Of a DNA stretch of 64,000 bases, positions 8,817-18,468 are shown in pieces; within the stretch, counting starts at the first letter, position 1; each line of letters begins with the position of its first letter. Source of the DNA: an uncultured Methanosarcinales archaeon (lineage in GTDB: Archaea > Nanobdellota > Nanobdellia > Woesearchaeales > GW2011-AR9); NCBI GenBank assembly GCA_964344235.1, contig CAYFMJ010000001.1, forward strand, positions 160,001 through 224,000, written 5' to 3'. The notes below the pieces were generated by a model, which saw nothing but the letters and a program-made list of their open reading frames with translations, did no database searches and was not told the origin of the DNA. The translations under genes and the position numbers were made by a program.

Positions 8817-9524
8817 ATGAGATTCAGAAAAACATTAGGAAGTTTACTTATTGGGGCAGCTATGCAGTTTATGCCAAGTTACGCTTTAGCGGAAGAGCCA
8901 GTGGTGGCCGAACCAACTGAAGAAGCTGAACCGGAGCAACAAAGAGAATTGCGAGATCCATTTGGAGCAATCGAATTAATGGCAGGTGATGAATCAGCTA
9001 CACTTGATTGGAAATTATTTGTTCCCCTAAGTGAGGAGTTAACATTGTTTAACCGATTACGGAGTACTGCGGTCTATGAAGATGCGCAAAAGTCAGCAAT
9101 TAACGTAACATCATTGGGGTATAACGTTGCTGTGCCAGGGTTAGATTTGTTCGTGGAATCAGACTTGATAACTGGAAAAGGAATTGATCTACGAGCAGGA
9201 GTTCAGTACTTTGGAAAGTTTGATGACTTTAGTGTCTTCCAACTTTTCTCAATTGGTTTGCAGGGAGACCCAGATTTCAACAGTATTACAAACCTTAACT
9301 ATGCTCCATCACTGACAGAGGATGTTGGTTTGTATTTTAATATTGAAAACTTTACTAATTTTGGTTTGGATGGACATAGCTTCAGTACACAACGACTCCG
9401 CGCAGGTTTTGCATTAGAAGATGTGCAATTTGGTGTGGCAATGGATCTTTTTGAAGTTGGTGAGGATGTTGCACTTGAAGACGTTACATATAATGCTGGT
9501 GGCTTCGTTCGGGTTGGGTATTGA
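8817..9524 (+). CDS. Secreted protein with beta-barrel (outer-membrane-protein-like) pattern
   Basis: Sec signal ending YALA|EE; alternating hydrophobic strands; C-terminus GGFVRVGY. Confidence 0.5.
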   Translation: MRFRKTLGSLLIGAAMQFMPSYALAEEPVVAEPTEEAEPEQQRELRDPFGAIELMAGDESATLDWKLFVPLSEELTLFNRLRSTAVYEDAQKSAINVTSLGYNVAVPGLDLFVESDLITGKGIDLRAGVQYFGKFDDFSVFQLFSIGLQGDPDFNSITNLNYAPSLTEDVGLYFNIENFTNFGLDGHSFSTQRLRAGFALEDVQFGVAMDLFEVGEDVALEDVTYNAGGFVRVGY

Positions 9525-9661
9525 TTTTTTCTTTTTTTTTCCAAAACATTTATAATAAGTTTTTTCTTTTTTGTGAGTACGTGAAACATACAATACAACG
9601 AGTTGTCTTATTCTATGATTATTAGAAATAGTAGTGTTGTGGAATTTGGAGGAAATATTAA

Positions 9662-9988
9662 ATGACAGAACAAGAAGCGCCTGTACGAGAAGGCGAAGAA
9701 CATACGGTAAGTATTAGTGCAGTTGGCGAAAAGGGAGATGGAATTGCTCGCGTGAGCGGTTTTGTGCTATTTGTGGCTGGTGTGAAGAAAGGAGATTATG
9801 TAAAAATCAAGATTACGAAAGTCCTTAAGAATGTTGGATTCGCACAGGTTGTTGAGAAATTAGAACGACCCAAGAAAGAATCGAAATTTGCAACGGTAAC
9901 AGAAGATGAGTTGCAAGAGATGGAAGATGAACCCGAAAGTCAATATGAAGAAACGGATGATTTCGGTGAGGATTTAGAGGACGAATGA
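9662..9988 (+). CDS. Single TRAM-domain RNA-binding protein with acidic tail
   Basis: PVREGEEHTVSISAVGEKGDGIARVSGFVLFV...VKIKITKV...GFA; SD GGAGG upstream. Confidence 0.9.
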   Translation: MTEQEAPVREGEEHTVSISAVGEKGDGIARVSGFVLFVAGVKKGDYVKIKITKVLKNVGFAQVVEKLERPKKESKFATVTEDELQEMEDEPESQYEETDDFGEDLEDE

Positions 9989-10290
9989 GACTTTGTATTG
10001 TAGAGGCGCAGGAGAAACCAGTTGGCCTCGATTTTGGAAGTTATGCTTGTTTTGTATACGACCAACCAGAATTTAGAGCGTTAGGAATTGATTCTGCTGT
10101 TTCTGTTTTTGGAGAGATCTATCGGGTTTGGGGTGTAAACATGACGCGTCATGGTCGAGTTACTGGGTTTAGACTACGGCCTTTACAGAGTAGTGATATT
10201 AGAACGAGAATTTATGGAGAGGATTCGCCGGATTGTGAAGCGAGAGATCTCAAAATATATTCTTTGGATCATTTATTCTCGCTTTCTTAA
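9985..10290 (+). CDS. Hypothetical protein
   Basis: ATGA overlap with the TRAM gene stop; no motif recognised. Confidence 0.5.
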   Translation: MRLCIVEAQEKPVGLDFGSYACFVYDQPEFRALGIDSAVSVFGEIYRVWGVNMTRHGRVTGFRLRPLQSSDIRTRIYGEDSPDCEARDLKIYSLDHLFSLS

Positions 10291-10332
10291 CAAGATTTAA
10301 ATACGTCAAGTTTCTTTTTTTGTAAGAGGTGT

Positions 10333-13300
10333 ATGATGTACGTTGCATGGTTTAAAGATTTGAATAAAGATTCTATTCCCGTAGCTGGTGGGAAAGGTGC
10401 TAATTTAGGAGAGATGTTTAATCTTGGCTTGCCCGTTCCAGGGGGATTTGCGGTTACGGCACAAACGTATAAAGAATTTATTGAGAAAACAGGTTTGAAG
10501 CAGAAGATTTCTGGTTTGTTAACGGGGTTGGATGTGAATGATACAAAGAAGTTACAGCACACTGCAACGGCTATTCAGAAAGTAATTTTAGATACTCCTT
10601 TGCCAGAAGAGATGGCGGAGGAGATTAAAGATAGTTATGAGTTGTTAGGTTCTGGAAAGGAAGCGCATTCTCTTGTTGAAGGAGAAGAAGTGTTTGTGGC
10701 AGTACGAAGTAGTGCAACAGCGGAAGATTTGCCAAATGCATCTTTTGCAGGGCAGCAAGCGACGTATTTGAATATTAAAGGAAAGGATAATGTCGTAGCA
10801 GCTGTGCATGCATGTTGGGCTTCGTTGTTTACAGCGAGAGCTATTTATTACCGGGAAAAGAATGGGTTTGATCATAGTAAAGTGTTAATTTCTGCGATTG
10901 TACAGAGAATGGTGAATTCTGAACAATCGGGTATTATGTTTACAGTGAATCCTGCAACTAACAATGCTAAGGAAGTTGTGATTGAAGCAGTCTATGGTTT
11001 AGGAGAAATGATTGTTGGTGGGCAAGTGAATCCAGATTTGTATGTGGTGAATAAGGAAAGTCGAAAGATTGAGAAGATTGAAGTTCGAAAGCAGGAGATT
11101 GGTTTATTTCGAACGGAAGATGGGAAGAATGAGAAACGGGAAGTTCCTAAAGAGTTGCAGGAGAAACAAGTGATTCACCAGAAGCATATTAGGGAATTAG
11201 CTCGGTTAGGGTTGAAGATTGAGGAACATTATGGTAAACCGCAAGATATTGAATGGGCGGTTGAGAAGGGAGAAGCGTATATTGTGCAGTCTCGAGCGGT
11301 AACAACGTTCAAAGAGCAGAAGCAGGAAGAAATTGTTGTTGTGGATGGCAAGATATTATTGAAGGGGGAGACTGCTTCTTCTGGTGTTGCAGCAGGAGCG
11401 GTTAAAGTTGTTCATGATCCATCTGAATTAGATAAAGTGGAAGAGGGAGATGTCATGGTTGCTTCAATGACAACACCCGACATGGTGCCGGCAATGCAGA
11501 GAGCGTCTGCTATTGTGACGAATGAAGGGGGGATGACTTGTTTTGGTGGTAGTACAAAAATTTTGACAACAAAAGGTTTTATGTCTATGGAAGAAGTTTG
11601 TGGCAAATTAGTGGAAGAAGAGCTGAAAGTATTCTCATTTAACCCCAAAACAATGAAAACAGAGTGGAAGAGGGCGCTTAATCCTCAGAAGAGGAAAGCT
11701 ACACTTTGGAAAGTGGCATTTTCTCAGACAGGGAGATCGCAAATAAATTCACTTAAAGTAACACCGGATCATAAAATGGTGACTTTAGAAAATAGAAAAA
11801 TAGTTGAGCGGAAACTAAAAGACCTTCTCAATAATAATGAGATGGCTTGTGTGGCAGATTTTTTGCCAGCTAATCAAAACCCTCATGTATTTGACCAACC
11901 AGATAAAGCTTATGTCTGTGGTGCAATTTTTACAGATGGTTACGTTAATTATAATGGTAAGAAGGGGTATACTACATTTATTCAGAAAGAGACTCCTGAG
12001 AAAAAACAATTTATTAATACAGTTAAAGAAAAATTTCATGGCGTTTTTGATGCAAGGATGGATTATAAGAGAGTTCGCTCAAGCGTTGGGAGAACTATAC
12101 GTGGGAAAGAGATTAGTGGTTCTGCATCCGATTTCATTAACTTTAGAGCAGCTCCTGCGAAAGAATTGGAGGAGATTAAAGGAAATATTGTTGATTGGGT
12201 GTTACACCTTAATGAAAATTCTTTAAAACAGTTCTTGGCAGGGGCGATTGATGGTGACGGGTCTTTTAATGTAACTCATGAAAGCGGAAGAATTCATATT
12301 TATGCTTCTAAAGAGTATTTAGCTCAGGGAGTTATCTTGGCTTGCTTACGGTTGGGAATTTTGCCGCAAGTTAGCAAGAATCGCGAGAAGTGTTACAATA
12401 TTCAGATTGTTGATAAAATTGATGAGCTGTTAGAACACACCACTCGTGTTAAAGGATTTTCTCGAACAAAAAAGTTAGGAACAAAATTATTGGGTGCGAA
12501 GCAAGTTTTTAGTGATATTGTTGATGAAGTTAACCCCAAAGGCAGGTTGAAACCGTATGTTGGTGGGAATTTACTTATTGATTCTCGCAAAATAGTAAGA
12601 GACATTTTACCTCTTGTGAAGAAGGACAACATTCGTGAACAATTAGAGATGATTGTCACTTCCGACTTTAGAATGCAGCGAGTTCGTTTGATCGAAGAGT
12701 TGGGGGACGATACTGTCTATAACTTTGAAGTGGAAGATAACCATACATATGTGGTTTTTACTGAAAATTATACTCCTGTTATTGTATGGAACTGTCACGC
12801 TGCGATTGTTTCGAGAGAAATGGGCGCACCATGTATTGTCGGAACGGAACATGCGACAGAAGTGTTGGAAGATGGACAGATGGTTACGGTGCATGCGACG
12901 CAAGGAGTTGTATATGCAGGGAAGTTAGAGATTAAAGGTTCTGGTAAAAAGGAGTTGAGAGATAGTTCTGATATTAAGACAAAGACGCATGTGAAAGTGA
13001 TTATGGATCTGCCTGATTTAGCTGATAGAGCTGCTAGTACTGGAGCAGATGGCGTTGGGTTGGTTAGATTAGAGATTATGATTGCCAATGGCGGTGTACA
13101 TCCAGCGGAGTATGTTAGACGTGGAAAGGTAGATGAGTATGTTGCGTTGTTGAAAGACGGTATTGGAAAAATTGCTACAGCGTTTAAAGATAAACCTGTG
13201 TGGGTTCGGTGCAGTGATTTACGAACGGATGAGTATCGGAATTTAGAAGGCGGTGATAAAGAGCCTAAAGAAACAGACCCGATGATTGGCTGGCATGCTA

Positions 13301-13848
13301 TCCGCCGCTTGTTAGATGAGCCAGAGATTTTGAAAGCAGAGTTTCAAGCTATTAGAGAATTGCATTATGCTGGACATAAGAATGTGGGAGTGATGTTGCC
13401 GTTTGTGATTACGGTTGAAGAGGTTAAGAAAGCGAAGAAAATTATGCAGGAAGTTGGGTTAGAACCGGGGAAAGCGGTAGATTTCGGTGTGATGATTGAA
13501 ACGCCTGCATCGTGTTGGATTATTGAAGAGTTGTGTAAGGAAGGAATTAGTTTTGTATCGTTTGGAACAAATGATTTGACGCAGTTAACGTTGGGAATAG
13601 ATAGGAATAATAGTAAGATTGCAGGGTTATTTGATGAGATGCACCCTGCTGTGTTGGGAGAGATGGCTAAAGTGATTAAGACGTGTAAGAAGTATGATGT
13701 GGAAACGTCGATTTGTGGTCAGGCTGGCTCGCGTCCAGAGATGGCGGAATTTTTAGTGCATCAGGGTGTTGATAGTATTAGTGCGAATGCAGATGCAGTT
13801 GAGAAGATTCGGGAAACGGTTGCTGCAACTGAGAAAAAATTGGGTTAA
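10333..13848 (+). CDS. ppsA: Phosphoenolpyruvate synthase (pyruvate, water dikinase), intein-containing
   Basis: GGKGANLGE, VAVRSSATAED, PQDIEW, phospho-His T-C-H-A-A, C-terminal PEP-binding barrel. Confidence 0.97.
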   Translation: MMYVAWFKDLNKDSIPVAGGKGANLGEMFNLGLPVPGGFAVTAQTYKEFIEKTGLKQKISGLLTGLDVNDTKKLQHTATAIQKVILDTPLPEEMAEEIKDSYELLGSGKEAHSLVEGEEVFVAVRSSATAEDLPNASFAGQQATYLNIKGKDNVVAAVHACWASLFTARAIYYREKNGFDHSKVLISAIVQRMVNSEQSGIMFTVNPATNNAKEVVIEAVYGLGEMIVGGQVNPDLYVVNKESRKIEKIEVRKQEIGLFRTEDGKNEKREVPKELQEKQVIHQKHIRELARLGLKIEEHYGKPQDIEWAVEKGEAYIVQSRAVTTFKEQKQEEIVVVDGKILLKGETASSGVAAGAVKVVHDPSELDKVEEGDVMVASMTTPDMVPAMQRASAIVTNEGGMTCFGGSTKILTTKGFMSMEEVCGKLVEEELKVFSFNPKTMKTEWKRALNPQKRKATLWKVAFSQTGRSQINSLKVTPDHKMVTLENRKIVERKLKDLLNNNEMACVADFLPANQNPHVFDQPDKAYVCGAIFTDGYVNYNGKKGYTTFIQKETPEKKQFINTVKEKFHGVFDARMDYKRVRSSVGRTIRGKEISGSASDFINFRAAPAKELEEIKGNIVDWVLHLNENSLKQFLAGAIDGDGSFNVTHESGRIHIYASKEYLAQGVILACLRLGILPQVSKNREKCYNIQIVDKIDELLEHTTRVKGFSRTKKLGTKLLGAKQVFSDIVDEVNPKGRLKPYVGGNLLIDSRKIVRDILPLVKKDNIREQLEMIVTSDFRMQRVRLIEELGDDTVYNFEVEDNHTYVVFTENYTPVIVWNCHAAIVSREMGAPCIVGTEHATEVLEDGQMVTVHATQGVVYAGKLEIKGSGKKELRDSSDIKTKTHVKVIMDLPDLADRAASTGADGVGLVRLEIMIANGGVHPAEYVRRGKVDEYVALLKDGIGKIATAFKDKPVWVRCSDLRTDEYRNLEGGDKEPKETDPMIGWHAIRRLLDEPEILKAEFQAIRELHYAGHKNVGVMLPFVITVEEVKKAKKIMQEVGLEPGKAVDFGVMIETPASCWIIEELCKEGISFVSFGTNDLTQLTLGIDRNNSKIAGLFDEMHPAVLGEMAKVIKTCKKYDVETSICGQAGSRPEMAEFLVHQGVDSISANADAVEKIRETVAATEKKLG
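11539..12792 (+). mobile_element. Intein (418 aa) with LAGLIDADG homing endonuclease in ppsA
   Basis: GGMT|CFGGSTKI...VTPDH...GAIFTDGY...LAGAIDGDGS...VIVWN|CHAAIVSRE; removal restores GGMTCHAAIV. Confidence 0.95.
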
Positions 13849-14243
13849 GCAGCGTCTTTGAGTTCCAATTTTTTCAGTGATTCGCCAATAAGTTGTACCA
13901 TTGCTCGGACTAACTTTATGTTGTCTTGAATGGATTTTTTTCTTGCCTTGAATTCTGTTGCAGTAATGCTATATTTTGTTTTATCTAATTTTGTAATGCC
14001 TGCTTCAATGACATTGAAAAGCTGTGTTGCAGAAGCACAGCGCTCCCGTAGCGTTTTATCGCTTGACTCATTGTATTTTGCTTGCACGTCACTTCGTAAT
14101 ATGTCTACCGCTTCGATTGCAGGTTTGAAATCCTCTTCATTTTGCTTAAAGCCGTTGAAGTCTTGTATTAACCCGCGCCATACTGTGTAGAAATCTTTAG
14201 AAATTCTATTGAATGTTTCTTTTGAACCGTAAATGATTATCAT
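13845..14243 (-). CDS. Hypothetical helical protein
   Basis: 132-aa ORF convergent with ppsA; amphipathic helical composition. Confidence 0.55.
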   Translation of the reverse strand: MIIIYGSKETFNRISKDFYTVWRGLIQDFNGFKQNEEDFKPAIEAVDILRSDVQAKYNESSDKTLRERCASATQLFNVIEAGITKLDKTKYSITATEFKARKKSIQDNIKLVRAMVQLIGESLKKLELKDAA

Positions 14244-14264
14244 AGTTTTCAGTGGTTGTCTTAA

Positions 14265-14585
14265 CTATTTAAGTTTTTTCGTTATGGGTATTCTTGTAAA
14301 CTTTTTACATTCGAAGCAGGAAATGATAACTTTACCATTCTGCGTGCGAACTCTGGCGTTGTTTCCAGGTTGTAAGTATTTGTAACAGTGTTTACAGTAG
14401 CGCCGTTTAAGTTCACGAGGCATGCGCATGCGTAATTTCATTGCTACCTTTCGTGCGAGGGTGACGTAGCGATTAGCAAGCGATTTATTGTTAGGAAACT
14501 GTACTGCTGCTTGTTCGAAGAGTTGTTTAATGCGTTGTTTGGCAATCTCTTTCTGTTTCCGTTTTGGGATTACGGGTTTGACCAT
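14265..14585 (-). CDS. rnp4: RNase P protein component 4 (Rpp21/Rpr2)
   Basis: IAKQRIKQLF...ANRYVTLARK...RRYCKHC...SCFEC; ATG 14585. Confidence 0.93.
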   Translation of the reverse strand: MVKPVIPKRKQKEIAKQRIKQLFEQAAVQFPNNKSLANRYVTLARKVAMKLRMRMPRELKRRYCKHCYKYLQPGNNARVRTQNGKVIISCFECKKFTRIPITKKLK

Positions 14586-14640
14586 TGGCTGTTGTAGTAT
14601 AGGAAAGGATATAAACTTATTTCTTTTCAATACTGAAAGA

Positions 14641-14982
14641 ATGGCGAGAGGCAGACCAACAAAAAGTGTGATTCGGCAGAATGTCATTGAGATATTACAC
14701 TTTGTGGGAAAAGGGTATGGGTATGATGTTGCGAAGATTTATAATGAAATCTTTCCTCCGGTAACACAACGAAGTATTTACTATCACTTGCGGAAAGGCG
14801 TGCAGTTGGGTGAATTAGAAGTGCATGAGATTAAAGAAGAGAAAGGAAATTATTCCTGGGGGGGTGTGGTAGAGAAAATTTATTATACTCTGGGCTCAGA
14901 AGCAGAACCAAAAGGCGATGGGAAAGTGAAGGAATATTTGGAGAAAAAGAATGGTGACAGAATTTCAAAAGGAAGTCTATGA
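14641..14982 (+). CDS. Winged-helix DNA-binding protein
   Basis: MARGRPTKS...TQRSIYYHLRKGVQLG...KIYYTL; ATG 14641. Confidence 0.7.
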   Translation: MARGRPTKSVIRQNVIEILHFVGKGYGYDVAKIYNEIFPPVTQRSIYYHLRKGVQLGELEVHEIKEEKGNYSWGGVVEKIYYTLGSEAEPKGDGKVKEYLEKKNGDRISKGSL

Positions 14983-15268
14983 CTTAATTTGTAGCGTACC
15001 TAAGGGTAAAGTGACGACGTACAAAGGAGTTGCCGAACAATTAGGTATTAGATCTGCGCAAGCTATTGGGCAAGCTTTGAAGTGTAATCCATATGCACCT
15101 GACGTGCCGTGTCATAGGGTGATTGCTTCTTCCGGCAGGATTGGTGGGTTTAAAGGCCAGAAAACAGGGAAAGAAGTTAATGAGAAAATTGCGCTGCTGA
15201 GGAAAGAAGGTGTTGTGGTAAAAGAAAATGGTATTGATTTAGAGAAATATGGTTTTTTCTTTTCATAG
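14951..15268 (+). CDS. ogt: Methylated-DNA-protein-cysteine methyltransferase (MGMT), DNA-binding domain type
   Basis: VPKGKVTTY...AQAIGQAL...VPCHRVI active-site motif. Confidence 0.92.
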   Translation: MVTEFQKEVYDLICSVPKGKVTTYKGVAEQLGIRSAQAIGQALKCNPYAPDVPCHRVIASSGRIGGFKGQKTGKEVNEKIALLRKEGVVVKENGIDLEKYGFFFS

Positions 15269-15300
15269 ATCTTTTAAAGAGTTGTTGTGGTGTTAGGGAA

Positions 15301-15990
15301 ATGGTTGAGACTTTCAAAGGAACGGTTATCGAGAAAAAGCAATTAACAGAAGATGTTATTTTGTTATCGTTAGAAGTGCCAGAAGGTTTTGAGTTTAAAG
15401 CAGGGCAGTTTGTTTCACTCGTTATGTTTAATGAAGCGGGAGAGAAGAAGTTGAAATCGTATTCTATTTTGAATTCTCCTTCGCAGAGAGGAAGATTGGA
15501 TTTATGCATTAAAATAATTGATGGAGGTTTTGCATCAGATATTTTTTGTGCGTGTGAAGTGGGGAAGGAGTTTGAAATTAAAGGGCCAATGGGGCATTTT
15601 GTATTTGAAGACGATGGCAATGGTGAGTATTGGTTTTTGGGTGCTGGAACTGGAGTAGCGCCGTTACATAGCATGATCTCAGAATTTGTGGGCAAGATGC
15701 CAGAGAAGAAATTTGTATTATTATTTGGTGTGCGTGAAAAGAAGTGTTTATTTCTGCATGAAGAGTTCTTGAAGTTAGCGGAAGAACATGATAATTTTGA
15801 ATACAAACCTGTGTTAAGCAGGGAAGAATGGGGCGGTTGTCAGGGGCATGTGCAGGATAATCTTCCGGAAGATCTAAAAAACAAAACTTTTTATATTTGT
15901 GGATTAAAGGAATTGGTGCTTGAGACAAAGGAGTTATTGGTGGAACGAGGTGTTAGTCCTTCTGATATCAAGTCTGAGCGATACAGTTAA
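15301..15990 (+). CDS. FAD/NAD(P)-binding oxidoreductase (ferredoxin-NADP reductase family)
   Basis: FKAGQF, KSYSI, GPMGHF, GAGTGVAP, YICG motifs. Confidence 0.9.
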   Translation: MVETFKGTVIEKKQLTEDVILLSLEVPEGFEFKAGQFVSLVMFNEAGEKKLKSYSILNSPSQRGRLDLCIKIIDGGFASDIFCACEVGKEFEIKGPMGHFVFEDDGNGEYWFLGAGTGVAPLHSMISEFVGKMPEKKFVLLFGVREKKCLFLHEEFLKLAEEHDNFEYKPVLSREEWGGCQGHVQDNLPEDLKNKTFYICGLKELVLETKELLVERGVSPSDIKSERYS

Positions 15991-16018
15991 GCCACGTCGT
16001 AAGGAGGTTTCCAGAAAA

Positions 16019-17503
16019 ATGAAATTATTGGTACAGTCAGGATTAGATACAAAGCAAGATATTTGCGTGTTAGGGGTGTTTGAAGGCGATTCTCTCAGTT
16101 CTATTAGTAAAACGTTAGCGAAAGACGTTGCGTTAGCTGTGAAGAGTAAACGATTTCGTCCTGAGTTTGGTCAGATGTATAGTACTAAAGTAAGTGGTAT
16201 GCCGTATGAGCGAGTGATTGTTGCTGGTTTAGGGAAGAAGAAGGAGATGACCCTTGAGCGGGCACGGCGTGTGTTAGGGAAGGCAGTGAAATCTACGAAA
16301 AGTATGAAATTATCTGGTTTAACCACTAATTTGCCAATGGTGTTAAGCGGAATGTTTGATGATATGCTGTTAGGAAGAGCGCTGGCGGAAGCTGCGTTGT
16401 TAGGGAATTATAAATTTACGAAATATTTTGCGCCAAAGCGGAAAGAGAAGTACAAATCTCTTACTGCAGTGAGTTTGCAGTGGAAGAAAAGTAAAGCCGG
16501 TTTTGGTAAGGGGTTGAAGCAAGGGAAAATTATTGCTGATGCGACGATGCTGGCAAGAGATTTAGTGAATGAGCCAGCAAATGTGATGAACTCTCATTTG
16601 ATGGAGAAAATGGCACGGCAAGTTGCTCGACATCCGAAGGTTAAATTGAAAGTGCTGGGTAAGGCTCAATTGGAAAAGCTAGGGATGCATTCAATGTTGG
16701 GAGTCAATTTAGGAAGTGCGAATCCTCCCAAGTTGATTATTTTGGAGTATAACGGTGGGAGTGGTAAACCAGTAGCGTTTCTCGGGAAAGGAATAACGTT
16801 TGATTCTGGTGGATATAACATTAAGCCATCTGGGTATATGGAAGATATGAAAACGGACATGGGTGGTTCTGCTGCGGTTTTAGGAACGATAAAAGCTGCG
16901 TCTGAGTTAGGTGTCAAGAAAAATCTTATTGGCGTAATGGGGATGTGTGAAAACATGGTTAGTGCTGATGCGCAAAGACCGGGAGATATTGTGAAAGCGT
17001 ATAATGGTAAGACAATTGAAATTGGTAACACTGATGCAGAAGGAAGATTAGTGTTAGCGGATGCTCTTGCGTATACTGAGAAGAAGTACAAACCGGCAGT
17101 GATGGTTGATCTTGCAACTCTTACGGGAGCATGTGTTGTTGCACTTGGTTTACATACAGCTGCTGTAATGGGAAGACATGATGATTTGAATGAGGAGTTA
17201 AAGGAAGCAGGATTGGTGAGTGGGGATAAGGTGTGGCCTTTGCCGTTCTTTGAAGATTACCAAGATGCGATGGATGGTAGTATTAGCGACTTGAATAATA
17301 TTTGTACTAAAGGTCGTCGTTATGGTGCTGGTTCGATAACTGCGGGAGTGTTCTTGTCGAAGTTCGTTACTGAGAAGACTCGGTGGGCACATTTAGATAT
17401 TGCTGGTTCAGCGTATTGGGATGTAATTGAAGGTGATTACACCCCGAAAGGTGGGACTGGTTCAGGAGTTAGAGTGTTGAGTTATTGGCTTCTTGGAAAG
17501 TAA
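16019..17503 (+). CDS. pepA: Leucyl aminopeptidase (M17)
   Basis: GKGITFDSGG, MKTDMGGSA, NTDAEGRL, WAHLDIAG; ATG 16019. Confidence 0.96.
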   Translation: MKLLVQSGLDTKQDICVLGVFEGDSLSSISKTLAKDVALAVKSKRFRPEFGQMYSTKVSGMPYERVIVAGLGKKKEMTLERARRVLGKAVKSTKSMKLSGLTTNLPMVLSGMFDDMLLGRALAEAALLGNYKFTKYFAPKRKEKYKSLTAVSLQWKKSKAGFGKGLKQGKIIADATMLARDLVNEPANVMNSHLMEKMARQVARHPKVKLKVLGKAQLEKLGMHSMLGVNLGSANPPKLIILEYNGGSGKPVAFLGKGITFDSGGYNIKPSGYMEDMKTDMGGSAAVLGTIKAASELGVKKNLIGVMGMCENMVSADAQRPGDIVKAYNGKTIEIGNTDAEGRLVLADALAYTEKKYKPAVMVDLATLTGACVVALGLHTAAVMGRHDDLNEELKEAGLVSGDKVWPLPFFEDYQDAMDGSISDLNNICTKGRRYGAGSITAGVFLSKFVTEKTRWAHLDIAGSAYWDVIEGDYTPKGGTGSGVRVLSYWLLGK

Positions 17504-17545
17504 AGGATAGACAACTTTTTAAAGAAGCATTTCTCTGGGGAAAAT

Positions 17546-18466
17546 ATGGAAGATGTAATTATTCTTGGAACTGGTATTGCGGGATGTACTGCGGCGATTT
17601 ATGCAGCACGGGCTAACTTGAAACCGTTATTAATTTCCGGTATGGAAGATGGTGGGCAATTGATGTTAACGACGGATGTTGAGAACTTCCCTGGTTTCCC
17701 AGAAGGTGTGCAGGGACCTGAGTTAGTTGAGAGATGTAAGAAGCAGGCAGAACGATTTGGTGCACGGTTTAAGACAGATATCGTTACTACAGTTGCTTCA
17801 GTCGAGGGAGGATTTGAGTTATCGTTAATGAGCGAGGAGAAAGTGCAATGTAAAACGCTGATTGTTGCTACAGGTGCATCGGCTCGATGGTTGGGTTTTG
17901 AGAGTGAGAAGAAGTATAAGGGAAGGGGTGTTACAACGTGTGCGACGTGTGATGGTGCGTTCTTTAAAGATAAAGAAGTTATTGTTGTCGGAGGAGGAGA
18001 TAGTGCAATGGAAGAAGCGTTATTTCTCACGAAATTTGCGACGAAAGTTACGGTCATTCATCGACGTGAGGAGTTGAGAGCATCTAAGGTCATGCAGGAT
18101 AAAGCGAAGAAGCATGAGAAAATTTCGTTTATCTGGAATTCTGAAGTGAAAGAGATTCTCGGTGATGAGAAGAGAGTAACAGGAGTGAAGTTATTGAATA
18201 ATAAAACGCAGGAAGAAAGTGAGTTTACGTGTGACGGCGTGTTCTTAGCGATTGGACATATCCCTAATACAAAGTTTTTAACTGGATTTTTGGATTTGGA
18301 TGATCATGGTTATTTAGTTGCGTCGAAGGAGATGCATACGTCTGTCGAGGGGATCTTTGCGGCAGGTGATGTGCAAGATACTCGATTTAGACAAGCGATT
18401 ACTGCTGCTGGAAGTGGATGTATGGCAGCAATGGAAGCTGAGAAGTATTTAGCTGAGAGAGAATAA
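17546..18466 (+). CDS. trxB: Thioredoxin reductase
   Basis: GTGIAG, CATCDG, GGGDSAMEEA, FAAGDV. Confidence 0.97.
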   Translation: MEDVIILGTGIAGCTAAIYAARANLKPLLISGMEDGGQLMLTTDVENFPGFPEGVQGPELVERCKKQAERFGARFKTDIVTTVASVEGGFELSLMSEEKVQCKTLIVATGASARWLGFESEKKYKGRGVTTCATCDGAFFKDKEVIVVGGGDSAMEEALFLTKFATKVTVIHRREELRASKVMQDKAKKHEKISFIWNSEVKEILGDEKRVTGVKLLNNKTQEESEFTCDGVFLAIGHIPNTKFLTGFLDLDDHGYLVASKEMHTSVEGIFAAGDVQDTRFRQAITAAGSGCMAAMEAEKYLAERE

Positions 18467-18468
18467 TT

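Noticed and set aside
13930-14190. Plus-strand 86-aa ORF
   Set aside because: Shadow of the more protein-like minus ORF 13845-14243
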